A DNA stretch of 64,000 nt from the human T2T-CHM13v2.0 reference genome, Homo sapiens. The notes beneath the pieces were generated by a model. That model did not search any database. It was not told where the DNA came from and saw only the letters and a program-made list of their open reading frames with translations. Position 1 is the stretch's first letter, and each line of letters begins with the position of its first letter. The stretch is from the NCBI RefSeq assembly GCF_009914755.1, contig NC_060925.1; one strand, written 5' to 3'. The translations under genes were made by a program, and so were the position numbers. Below are positions 14,056 through 26,289 of this stretch, one piece after another.

Positions 14056-14856
14056 AAACACATTTTTTAAATGGAGCTTAGAATATCCTATATACCATCT
14101 CCTTTCACTCAAAAAAAGAGAAAAAAAAAAGAAAATACAAAAACAAAAAACCCTCTTTGTAGACTACAAGAAAAGTATTCAAGATTCACTAATTTATTAA
14201 ATATGCATTGACTAAATTTTTAATAAAAGTAATTCTTTAGATAATTCCATGGGTATAAAACTTACAAAGGCATTAAAATAATAGACCACAATCAATATTT
14301 TTTCAATCGGTAGCAGATATCATAGATATGCCTTAGTATAGATACCATGATTCATCTACTTAAAAGAATCATAAATAAACTAACACAATGTTGTCCTTTT
14401 ATAAGTACCATACTATACAAAGCTAATTGTCCAACTAAGAGCAACATTATACTGTTTCATAATGTAAATGATTCATTGGTGGTTATTCCACATTTTAACT
14501 ATAAAACATAAACATGAATAATCAATGCTAGTTAATTCAGTGGCACTAGTACCTATGTCTCATGTTTGTTGCATATTGGTGATTTCACAAGCTAGATTGT
14601 CTGTTTAATTCCTAATCACACTAATTACTTGAAAGAGTAATCCAGGAAATGTGACTTATTCAATTTCAAAGAACAGCCTAGAAATTAGTAGATAGGGCAC
14701 CTCAGTAATGTTATATAGTCATGTTCATTGATAAAATTGGAAGGACTTCATAGTATTTGTATTAATCTATCAGAGAAAATCACAAATTCTTAATATATTT
14801 CTCCAAACATTATTTGAAATTTCTTCTAATGGACTTAAGTCATGTTTGCTCTCAAC

Positions 14857-15094
14857 CAGGGGTCTGCAAACTACAACACAAGGGCTAAATCCAGATGGCT
14901 GCCTGTCTTTATAAATAAAATTTTATTGGAACACAGCCATATCAACACAGCCACACCTATGCATTCACATATGGTCTACAGATGCCTTTGTACAACATCA
15001 GCACAATTGAATAGTTGTGACAGAAATTATGTAGCCCAGAAAGCTAAAAATACATGCTATCTGGCCTTTTACAATAAAATGTTTCCTTACTTCT
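14857..15094 (+). mobile_element. MER58A (hAT-Charlie MITE)
   Basis: CAGGGGTCTGCAAACTAC...ATAAATAAAATTTTATTGGAACACAGCC...CTGGCCTTTTACA. Confidence 0.85.
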
Positions 15095-16577
15095 ACTCGA
15101 TTTTCAAAAGAGGCAACACATTTTTTAAAAACAACTTGTCAGAATGGGAGACTTTTTTCCCCAAAATAAAATAAACACAAATACCTTCAATGGAAGGTAT
15201 TTAGTACACATCATAATAACCTGTAGAAATGCTGGATAAGAAATTGTATTAATTATCTTCTAAATGGAACAAGCTGATATATGAGAAATGAGAAATATTA
15301 TAACTAAATGTCAATGTCTATCTTCCAGAAGAGATGACTTACAAAAAAACATAGGGCCAGCTATTTTATTATAGTATATTGTGACATATATACCAAATAA
15401 TTAGAACGAGTAATAAAAAATGCCAACGTGCTTATAAACAATATTATCTGTAAATCTATTCTATTAGTCTTCTTTAGTTGTAGAAAATGACAAATATAAT
15501 TACAAAATACTTATTCAAAACATGTAAACCACTAATTTTCCACTTGTAAAAGCCTGATTCAAAAAGCAATTTACTTTAAGGTTTACTTAAGCTTTGCAAC
15601 TACATTAAAATATGATAGTATATACACAACAGCTTGTTAACAAGATTATCATAACATTAAAATCATAATGTGGCACTTCAATTATGGATACTTAAAATTA
15701 AAGCTAATCCTCACAGTACCAATTTTTATCTCCTAAATAATTTTAGCTATTAGCTGCTCATTCAAAGTCTGTATCTAAAATGATAAGCATTCTAGAGTAA
15801 CGACTTAGCTCTGCACTTTTCTTTGGTAGCAAAACAAAAGCTGCATCCCTTCTTTCCTAGTCCTTAATATACAATCTTTTGATACTAAGGGGAAAATGCA
15901 GTTTTTTCCTGACCTTGCTTGGCTCAGAGCTTCTTACTCATGTTGCTGTTGCCAATGCTGTTGTTTCAAACAGATACATTCTGTATATCAATGGTACATA
16001 TTTCTTTTCTGGTTTTATCTTTCCAAAAATATCAAACTATCACTTGCAATATTAATTTGATATTTTCTGCAAATACTATGTTTGAACAAATGTCACCTAG
16101 TACCTACTAGGCACCAGGTGGAACAAACCAACGCTTAGATTAATGAGTATTATAATGTATTTCATAAATAAATAATTAATAACAATTAATTGTGTTAGCC
16201 TATTAACTGATTTCATTTGTTCTACTGTTTCACCAGATTTGTGCTTGATAATTATGTAATCAATATTTCTCACCTTTGAATTCTAATTCAAGTTTAAAGT
16301 GAAGGAAAAGATTCTAAATTGAAAGAATTCTGTATTTATAAATGACAGTTAATAACAAATCCATAAATAATCCAGAAGCATTGTTGCCGACCATATGGTT
16401 GATTTTACTAAACACTGGTAACAGCTAATATAATTGTTTTCTTCTATTTCCCCAATTAAATTATATTTGGGCCATTTGAGCAGTGAGATTGGAAACTGAG
16501 TGTCAAATCTTGCTTTCACTCACTCCTAAAGTGAATGAATGGAAGTAATATTCCTAATTTACATGGCAAACAGATAA

Positions 16578-16785
16578 TACCAAATGTGTGTATCCGTGTG
16601 TGTGCATGTGTATATATGTGTATAAAGACATATACACACATTCATATTACAAAATGTACATGAAACTAATTATATAAATTACCAAATGTGTGTATCCATG
16701 TGTGTGCCTGTGTATATAGGTGTATAAAGACATATACATACATTCATATTACTCAAGGTACACGAAATTAATCACATACATTACA
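16578..16785. repeat. ~102-bp imperfect tandem duplication, TG/TA rich
   Basis: TACCAAATGTGTGTATCC..GTGTATAAAGACATATACA..CATTCATATTAC occurs at 16578 and 16680. Confidence 0.9.
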
Positions 16786-18809
16786 AAAATTACATAAGAC
16801 TAATTACATATATTTTCTGACCTGTATTTCAATGATATTTATTAGGGCAGGTGCATGATTATGTAAAGTAATCATGCACTTTTGTCTTTTGATTTCAAAA
16901 AAATCTGAAAGTACTCATCCTGATTGACTTCCTCATGTGTTAGGTGGCATAAACCAAATCAAAGAACCTGCTCTGGACATGGTGAAATATGTGTTTTTCT
17001 GTAATAGAAATGATAAAGATAACATGTTCTCTGTGCATAGAAGACAAGAGAATACTCTTCTCTGCTGATTTGGGGAGTAGGGCTTTCAGGAGGTTCCTGC
17101 TGATCTATTTAGTGATAGAAAACTTGGAAAAACATAATTAAGATAGAATTTTAGAAATGATTAAAATAGAAAAGAGTTGAAACATTGCTTCTGAATCCAA
17201 TCTCACTGCTCAAACTTCTCAAGTAGTTAAAATATACCCTTATACATGGGCATTTCTGATTATAAAGGAATTTGTTTTTCAACACTTTGAAAATTAAAAA
17301 AAAGTTACAAACGTTAAATCATGTATTACTACTTCCATCATTACATAACATTTTCAGAATGTTTAAAAAATTATTTACTTTCCATACTATTAAACAACCT
17401 GCTAATTTCACTGGAAGTATTTTGTTAATACTTTCTCATTTTATTTATTTTATATTCTTCTTCAATGCCACTTTGATTTTTCCCTCATAGCTTTATATTT
17501 ACTTTGTAAACTACTTAATCAATTTGCTAATCTCAAATACTTAGCATGCCTTGTCCTTCCACTCTTCCATTTTTAACTATTTTAAAAGAATTCCATAGAA
17601 TTTCCTTAAATCTTTGTAATCCTAATGAATACACCTGAAAGGCAAGGGAAGTCCAAACTCCAAATGCTGTCACAGTGCAAGTTTTCCTTGACTGCAAAGG
17701 GGAGATTTTATAGAGAAATATATCCATACATATACACACATGTAATATCTATATAATACATACCACATATAGAAATATGCATACACATGCACACACACAA
17801 ATCTCTAAGAATAAGATAAAGTAGAATAATGGCCATATTATTATCTTTAAATCTTATTCAGAGGAACAAAATTACTCGGTTCATGGTTTACTAATCACAG
17901 CTTCCTCGGAGTCATGGTTCATGTAGAAGTATCAGTTAAAGTATCAGTGTAATTCAACCATTATATTTAGCAACAGATGCAATATTAACATAACCCAAAT
18001 CATAAACAGCTAAAATAATACCTAGGTTCCAGTAGTAACACAACCCTTAGGTCAGATGGTAGTCAACACCAGTACTACTGAATACTAACAGAGGAGTGAA
18101 ATTAAAGACATACATTAGGCTAATACACACAGACGGGACATACCTGAAAAGCTGAAAAACTACCTCTTTTAAATGTCTTGGTATCTCTTTTCGGACCTCA
18201 GCCTTTCAATAAAAAGTTAGATTGCTATTTATATTGCTTCCACCTCTAAAAGTCCTTGAGTTGAAGGTAAAGAAACAATGACATTAAAGCAATTTTAACC
18301 TTTTGACTCAAATAATATTTAGAAATGTTAGACCTCTTAAAAGCTACTTTCCAAGTTTACATGGCTATACTTTTATATTTAACTCTGTATAAATGGCTGT
18401 TTATGATGCACCTACAAATAGTATACACACACCAGTAAAAAAGCCAGCACAGATAAACTGTGCAACTCAACATCACCATCTAGTGACAAAATTCTTAACA
18501 CGTGATAAAGCCAAGCGAAAAAGAATACATTTCAGAGACATTCTGTACTGGTAGTTCATCTTTATAGTACTAATGTAAATATAACAGATCTCACTGAATA
18601 GACTTCGCTCTGCAAATAAAACAATGCCTAATGGCAATGTTGGCACTCCAAAAATAATTTGTATTCTTGCCATAGAGATATACTCATAAATCTATTAACA
18701 ATCTATATTTTATGTGTATTAAGAAATACACTGTAAAAAACTCCCAATAGTATTTTTATTTTTTTTATTAATGAGTATATTCTATATGTACCTCTTCTTT
18801 TTCAGAATC

Positions 18810-18817
18810 TGACGTCA
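18810..18817. promoter_or_regulatory. Full palindromic CRE motif TGACGTCA (function unknown)
   Basis: Exact match with intact CpG outside recognisable repeats. Confidence 0.25.
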
Positions 18818-18921
18818 CCTTTTCTCAAGTTATTCAATTCAAGTACCTTCCAATTGCATATATCTATTACCCATAGCCCTCTACTGCCTGTGAGACTGAA
18901 AAGGGACAAAAAGACAACACA

Positions 18922-19185
18922 TTGGAGGCCGAGGAGGGCAGATCACCTGAGGTCAGGAGTTCGAGAGCAGCCTTACCAACATGGTGAAGCCCCATCTCTA
19001 ATAAAAATACACAAATTAGCCAGGCATGGTGGCACATGCCTGTAATCCCAGCTACTTGGGAGGCTGAGGCAGGAGAATCTCTTCAACCTGGGAGGCGGAA
19101 GTTGCAGTGAGCCGAGACCGCAACAATGCACTCCAGCCTGGACAACAAGACTGAAACTCCACCTCAAAAAAAAAAAAAAAAAAAA
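18922..19185 (+). mobile_element. AluS, 5'-truncated
   Basis: GATCACCTGAGGTCAGGAGTTCGAG, A20 tail, TSD AAAA(G/T)ACAACACA. Confidence 0.93.
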
Positions 19186-20057
19186 TACAACACAATGTTA
19201 AAAGTGGCCCCATCCTTCCCTTTACTGTTCAGGATTTATCACAGGGGCTAAAATAGGTACAGAATATGATAGTAAAGAAATCAAATCCCTTTGGCATGAT
19301 TACAGAGTTGAATCAACCAAGATAAAGAAAGAATATGATGAAAAGAAGTTGAGAATTTTACCTCTAAATTCATTATCATACTATAAACCAGAGATTTGAC
19401 CTAGAGATGATGCACTTTTTTCCTGTCCTTAAAATGCTTTTTCTTTGATTATCATTTTCAGAAATGCTGTATAAGATTTCCACACCCATGGCACTACAAT
19501 AGACTATGTAGAAGTTGGACAAGATATACAGCTTCTAGTATTCTATATGCTAAGACTGCAGTGAACTTCTCCATTGAATTCCATTATTTATACATTACAC
19601 ATGTAATTCTTGTAAGCACATACAACATTAAAAGGAAAAATGTATACAAACATTATATTTTATATCTTATTTTTATTAATTTTCATAAATTACAAAGCAT
19701 TCTCTCCTCTATATCCTAGTTCCTCATATAAATCCTAGGAGATTTTAAATCCTATTTTACAAAAAAGTAAGAGTAAAATAATTAATTTACCTAAAATTAC
19801 AGTTGGAGTCTCAAATCTGATTCTTACTATTGATTCCAGTATTTATTTCATATTTTTAGTTTTCTCCATTTTTCCTTCACTGTTTTTCTAATTATTCATA
19901 ATATATTCCCATTACAGAAAATATAGAATGGAAAAGCATACGCCTCAAAAAATTATCTTTATGCCAACCAGCCAGATGTAATAGCCACATTTCATTCCTA
20001 TTTTTTCTCTGCATTTTTTATATTCAGTTGAGATAATATTCTACAAGCAATTTTGTT

Positions 20058-20287
20058 TCTCTCTCTCTATATATATATATACACACACACACAGATTTAT
20101 TTTAAATATATGTAAATCTGTGTATATATCTGTAAATATAAATATATTATATATCTGTATATATACACAGATTTTATATACTTTATAAATTTATAAATAT
20201 TGTAAAATTCTAAATATGAATATATAAATAATATATATTTATATGTAATATATACATTTATATATATTTATGTTATATACATATAAT
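20058..20287. repeat. (CT)n(AT)n(AC)n microsatellite and TA-rich low-complexity block
   Basis: Directly visible; includes inverted ACACAGATTTA/TAAATCTGTGT arms. Confidence 0.9.
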
Positions 20288-20520
20288 TGCCTTGTCTATT
20301 GTCTTAATGGTAGACAATTAGTTCCTGTAAAATTTGTTCAGGGTTATATTCCATAATTTGAGTATCACATTCATATTATGCATAATTTCTATGGCTTCTG
20401 CATAATATATTCCTAGAAGGTAAATTAATACAAAAAAAAGTATGTTTGTTTTAAGTCTCTTAATACTTAGTGACACAATCCTTTCCTTAAATGCAGCAGT
20501 AATTTTCAATCCTCTGAGAA

Positions 20521-20594
20521 TGTGAGAATGGCTGTCTCACCATTCCATCTCTAGCCATCTGTGAGAATGGCTGTCTCGCTATTCCATCTCTAGC
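20521..20594. repeat. 39-bp-period tandem duplication
   Basis: TGTGAGAATGGCTGTCTC(AC/GC)(C/T)ATTCCATCTCTAGC at 20521 and 20560. Confidence 0.9.
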
Positions 20595-20836
20595 ACTCAA
20601 AAACTTCCCACCAAACTGCATTAGCAGCAATAAGCAAGAGATTGGTGTATTTTTTGTGAAATTTACACTTTTTGTTTGCCATTAGAGTTGAATATTTCCA
20701 AGGGTTACTTAATCATAGTTTGCCAATTATCTACTGAGTTCCCAATTTTTAAAATCTGTCATACATATGGCAATATAGTACATTGATGTCTTTTACTTTT
20801 GTGATTGTCCCCATTTGCATAAGTTTTTTAAAATAA

Positions 20837-21520
20837 GTTTGTTTTTAATTGGCACATAATAGTTGCACATATTTATTGGATACAGTGTGATGTTTCAATA
20901 CATATTAGATTGTGTAATGATCAAATCAAGGTAATTAGCATATCTATTACCTCAAACACTTGTCTTTTTTTGTTTGTTTGTTTTGTTTTTTGTTTTTTGT
21001 TTTTTTTGAGACGGAGTCTCACTCTGTCACCCAGGCTGAAGGGCAGTGGCGTGATCTCTGCTGACTTCAAGCTCCACCTCCCCAGTTCATGCCATTCTCC
21101 TGCCTCAGCCTCCAAAATAGCTGGGACTACAGGCCCCCGCCACCATACCCGGCTAATTTTTTGCATATTTAGTAGAGACGGGGTTTCACCGTGTTAGCCA
21201 GGATAGTCTCCATCTCCTGTGACAACACTCCAAATTTTCTCACGTTATTTTAAAGTATACAATATATTACTGTTGACTATAGTCACCTTACTGTGCTATA
21301 GAACACCAACCTCTCCCCATTTCCACTCCACACTACTCTCCCAAGCTTCTGGTAACCACTATTCTACTCTCTACTTCTATGAGATGAACGTCTTTAAATT
21401 CCACATAAAAGTGAGATCATGCAGTGTTTGCCCTTCTGTGATTAGCTTATTTCACTTAACATTAACATTTTCTAGGTTGATCCATTTTCTTGCAAATGAC
21501 GGAAGCTTTTTTTTTTATTA
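20837..21520 (-). mobile_element. L1MA 3' end interrupted by an Alu
   Basis: TGTGTAATGATCAAATCAAGGTAATTAGCATATC, and CTGGTAACCACTATTCTACTCTCTACTTCTATGAG. Confidence 0.88.
20965..21219 (-). mobile_element. AluY-type, 5'-truncated, nested in L1MA
   Basis: GAGACGGAGTCTC..TTCATGCCATTCTCCTGCC..CACCGTGTTAGCCAGGAT; T/G-rich tail at 20965-21007. Confidence 0.93.
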
Positions 21521-22250
21521 TTGGAATCAAAGCTTAGTGATTTCTTCACCTACTTGTTAGCGTATCATCTCTTCCCCCATCTCAATCTCAAAAGTCACTT
21601 CTATATTCCACTGGACTTTGACTGTTTCATTTATTTCCCTTAGCTCTTTAAAAATGCATGAAATTTCCTTTGGGCCATGTGAAGTGAGACTACAAAGTCT
21701 TTTTTTTTTTTTTTTTTTTTGTCCAAACAGCAAAAACAAACAAGTAAACAAACAAACAAAAAAAACCTTTTATACCATTTACTGGGTGATTGAACATGTC
21801 CTGAACTACTTGGGGTACTTCATCATATAATAACTTCATCAGATCTTTATAGTATCTATTATCAATTACAGACACTATTTGTTTTAAATAACACGCAGAA
21901 GAACTTAAGAATTTCCATCTTCATTTTGAATACAATCACATTAAAAGATGTCAAATTCTTAGGGAGGTTTTGTTGTTAATTCTGTTGGGCTTTCTAGGTA
22001 TAAATTATGTCTTTATAAAATAAGAGCTACCTTGTCTCCTCTATATCAAATTATACTTTTTAGTTTTGGTTTTACATCTATTACCGGGTTATGGATCTAC
22101 CTTTTACTATTAGTTTTCTAAGAAAGTAAGTGTATCTATGTGTGATGTGTGTGAACATGGTTTAGCTTCACTCTGGCCTCTCCATTGTTGAGAACTCTGT
22201 TAAGTGAGAGGCAGTCAAGTGTCATATTAGCAACACAAAAACTTCCCTTT

Positions 22251-22460
22251 AGGGCAGCACAGAACAAACCACAGCCACTAACCACATATAAGTATTTAAA
22301 TTTAAATTAATAAAAATTAAGTAAAATTAAACATTCGGTTCTTCAGTTACACTCATCGCATTTCAGGTACTCAGTGGCCATATGTGGCTGAGGGCTCTCA
22401 CACTAAATGGCACAGATGGAGAACATTTCTCTCATCACAGAAAGGTCTGGGCAGCATTGG
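22251..22460. mobile_element. MER33/MER3-type hAT MITE
   Basis: CAGCCACTAACCACAT..TTCGGTTCTTCAGTTACACT..CATTTCAGGTACTCAGTGGCCATATGTGGCT..GAACATTTCTCTCATCACAGAAAG. Confidence 0.75.
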
Positions 22461-23368
22461 TCTAGATGTCTCTAAGAGCCACAGAAAAACGGCCAGGAAT
22501 TCCATTCCCCTGTCCTTTTCTTCTTAGGCACATTATATTTCAGTCTAGTCTTACTCTGTTAGAGAAGGTTATTCAGAATTTTAAATCCCAAAATATGTTT
22601 TTTCTGGCACGTATTTTCCTAAGCCCTGTATTTTCGTAGACATCTGGCTGGACTCTCCTTCTTTCTTATCCCAATGCACTATTCTTGGAAATCATATGCC
22701 TTCCCTTGGCTACAACAAGTATCAAAATACTAACAAGTCTCAAATGCGCACATCAACTCTCAGTCTTTTCCTTGAGTTGTTGCATTGTATTTTCCCTCTG
22801 CCTATTGCACATTTACACGAGTTAACCTCAGCTATCTCACAGTCACCTGAAAATCCAAATCTTCACTAATCCTCTTTTTTTCTCTCTCTCTACATCAATT
22901 AATGTATTTATTTAACGTTTTATTTAGCTAGCATATTCCAGAGAAGGTTGTAACCCCTCGTTCTTTTTACACACCAGGGCTACAGGCTCAGGGCATCCTC
23001 AAGACTGGGATCAGGAGGAAGCATGGGAGGGATCTAAAGTGATTTGTAAACTCGGATACTGACAAGAAACCAGATTCAAGACTGCACAGCAAAGACTGGC
23101 CAGAAAGAGAGACTGGATGAGGTGGCTAAGAATCCTCTCTTTTCTGTTCTAAGCTCATAGAAATAGTAAAACCTAAATAAATAAGGAGGTACCCAAGATG
23201 GTGAAAGGCCCCCCAACACTGCAGCCACAATAGGACAATCTTCAGATGTGGGTCCAACTCTGTTCCAGTTACTCCTGGCTAGACACACTCAGGACAAGAA
23301 CACCACTGTGGGGACCTGGAGCCACTTAGGGGCTGCTAAAGAGATCAAGCTAATAAGAAAAAGGGATG

Positions 23369-23619
23369 CTCCATGTTCTCACCCACAGGTGGGAATTGAA
23401 CAATGAGAACACTTGGACACAGGAAGGGGAACATCACACACCAGGGCCTGTCATGGGGTGGGGGGAGGGGGGAGGGATAGCATTAGGAGATATACCTAAT
23501 GTGAATGACGAGTTAATGGGTGCAGCACACCAACATGGCGCATGTATACATATGTAACTAACCTGCACGTTGTGCACATGTACCCTAGAACTTAAAGTAT
23601 AATAAAAAAAAAAGAAAGA
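23369..23619 (+). mobile_element. L1PA (PA4-5-like) 3'UTR fragment, 5'-truncated
   Basis: GGTGGGAATTGAACAATGAGAACAC, G-rich tract, CTTAAAGTATAATAAA-A tail; 14-bp TSD AAGAAAAA(G/C)GGATG at 23355 and 23620. Confidence 0.96.
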
Positions 23620-24818
23620 AAGAAAAACGGATGGTCCCATAGCCAAGCTATGCCAGGCCAATGGACTAACAGAGAAGCTACCATGAAATATTCTGGGCCA
23701 GGGAAAAGACTGAAATACTCAGTCTCTGGGTCTTCACCTCAAGCATATTCCGAACACATTTTAAAAAGCACCTGACCCACCATATACTAAATTGTTGTAT
23801 GCTATTAATTACTAAATTATTCCACTGTGTTTAATGAATCCAGACATTACCAATAATGTGTGTCTGTGTGTGTGTGTGTGTAAGTAAAATGTATAACTTA
23901 AGCAAACAAGTACATTTCATGCCATAAAATTAAATTCTCACTTAAATTATCCAGACTACTGCTTTGTCTCATAGAATGGGTGGTTGGCAAGTTATTCCAG
24001 GCAGGTAATACTTGTTTTTATCATCAGTTCATCTCTAGTTTTTTAAAAAACAGGACATCCTGGTATGTTCTAAAATGTTATGTATAACGAAATTTGGCAG
24101 AATTTAATCATCTCTTCATATGAAGTTAATTCTTATAATTCAATTTGTTTTTTTCTTGAGGACAAATTTCCTACACTGATTACATATCCTTTCCTTGTTC
24201 CTTGTATTTTCCTCATTCACATCATTTTTCATTCACATTGCCTCTTTTCAGTTCTGTCTTTTGGTCTTCAGTTCTTTTATTCAAAGCATAAGAGTTGCCA
24301 CCCTCTTTGTCTTCCTGTTTGTCTATGTATTTACTTCAAAATAAATAGATATAAAAATATAGAGAATAACTGCAGTTTTCCAAGTAAATATTGGCATGCA
24401 TGTTTACTGTATTTAAACTTATCATAATAAGCATTTACAAAAAATGTTAAATTTATAGCAGTGGTAATTTTAGGATAAACCACTATGTATGGTGAAAATT
24501 AGAAATTCATTCATAATTTCTGCATTAGCTTTTTCCAAAACAAATATTTTACAACTTATTTTTAATTTGCTAAAATTTTCAATAACTTAAACTTTCTGAG
24601 AATATCTGATTGCATTTTATATAGATACAAATTCTCTATTGTGTACTCAGTTTTATTTTTCCCTCTTTTTTTTATTAGTAAAGACATTAACAATAAAATA
24701 GGCTCACTTGCTCCAGCTGGTAATTTCTCATACTAGTAATATATTATTCCTCTTTTTGTGACATCATAATCATCTATACAGAAGTACCATGTATCTTTGT
24801 GTAGAAGCTACTGTTTCC

Positions 24819-24952
24819 ATTAAATTTAATTACCTCCCCCTGTGGTTTTAAATAGAAGTGGCTTCAAAATGAGGGCAGCTTCTATTAAATTTAATTACTT
24901 TCTCCTGCTGCTTGCATGGTAAAAGGAAGGTTACTAAATGAGAGCAGCTTCT
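24819..24952. repeat. Diverged ~65-bp tandem duplication
   Basis: ATTAAATTTAATTAC...AAATGAG(G/A)GCAGCTTCT twice. Confidence 0.75.
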
Positions 24953-25921
24953 AAACTAAAGTATATGGTAACTGTGTGCTAGCAATAACAAAATTGTATC
25001 TAAACTACCTTTCTAGGAAGCTCTTAGGTTTATCCTTTCTCTCATTTTAATCTCTTTAGCCTTAACATCCTTGAAAAATGAGCATTAAGATAGAAGAAGG
25101 CGTATTTTAAAAACATATTTTAATTTTATAGGCTAAATAAATATAAATACACTTTCTTTACAAAGATATTGGAAATTATGCTACTCAAATATTCAAGCTC
25201 AGAACTTTTAAGGCTACTAACATTTGTTGTTTTCTCACTCTGTGGATGATGAGTTTTATTTCCCACAAATTTTCAATGTCTAATAAAAAGCCTTTCTTGA
25301 TTCTGATCAAATAGATTTGAAAAATGCTTCACTAAAAGTTATTTAAAAGGCATCAAATTTGGGGCAATTTCATATAAATATTCAGAATTACTGATGTTAA
25401 GAAATGAAAAAAGAAAAAAAGTCAGGCTCATTATAGACCACTATAGTTGAAAGGAAGTTAATTATATGCTTTGTAATAGTGTAAAAATGTAAATCACTAA
25501 AAATACTATAATATAATATAATCCTATAAAATGTTATAGAAGATGAAAATGTAAGTACCTCTCTTTAAATTAAATATTAATTAGGAGGAAATACTACTCA
25601 ATTAAAGCACCATTGTACAATGTTTATTTCTTTATATACAGGCAGAATTTAGATGAACAATATTTTCATTCAATCACACAGTTTAGTATAAGTATAAAAC
25701 AAGACACCCCTTAAGCATTTTAAGTAACAAATTAAACATTTACATTTTTTACTGTGCACTGAGGCTTAACATTTATGCAGCTTCAAAACCAAAGTACAGC
25801 CTCAAGGGAAGTCTCTCCACTGACAAATTAATACCTTAGAGAACAGAGCTGAATGGTGGCAATGAACTCATTTGTTCCCCAAATAATGAAGAATGACTTT
25901 TTCTTTACCACATCTGTGACT

Positions 25922-25935
25922 GTTGCTATGGTGAC
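25922..25935. promoter_or_regulatory. RFX X-box-like motif (function unknown)
   Basis: GTTGCTATGGTGAC, one mismatch from GTTGCYATGGYAAC. Confidence 0.3.
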
Positions 25936-25944
25936 CCAGACTTA

Positions 25945-26091
<147 letters not shown>

Positions 26092-26241
26092 TTATGCAAA
26101 AATGTAATTGATTATATTGATCATGGACTCATGAAAAATATGCATACCACTTTAATTGGGTAGCATTCATTAAAATTGACAGTTAAATCCAACAGTAACA
26201 AAATAAAAACATTTTATGATACAGCTGTCACAGAAGTCTCA

Positions 26242-26289
26242 TTATCAATTTTTCAAAGTGGAGTTTCGTTATCAATTTTTCAAAGTGGA
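26242..26289. repeat. 27-bp-period duplication
   Basis: TTATCAATTTTTCAAAGTGGA at 26242 and 26269. Confidence 0.9.

Noticed and set aside
23455-23476. G-quadruplex motif
   Set aside because: Standard G-rich tract of every L1PA 3'UTR; nothing locus-specific.
22960-23700. Moderately GC-rich sequence around the L1PA insert, possibly an old LTR
   Set aside because: Could not match it to a family or find termini; needs a Dfam search.
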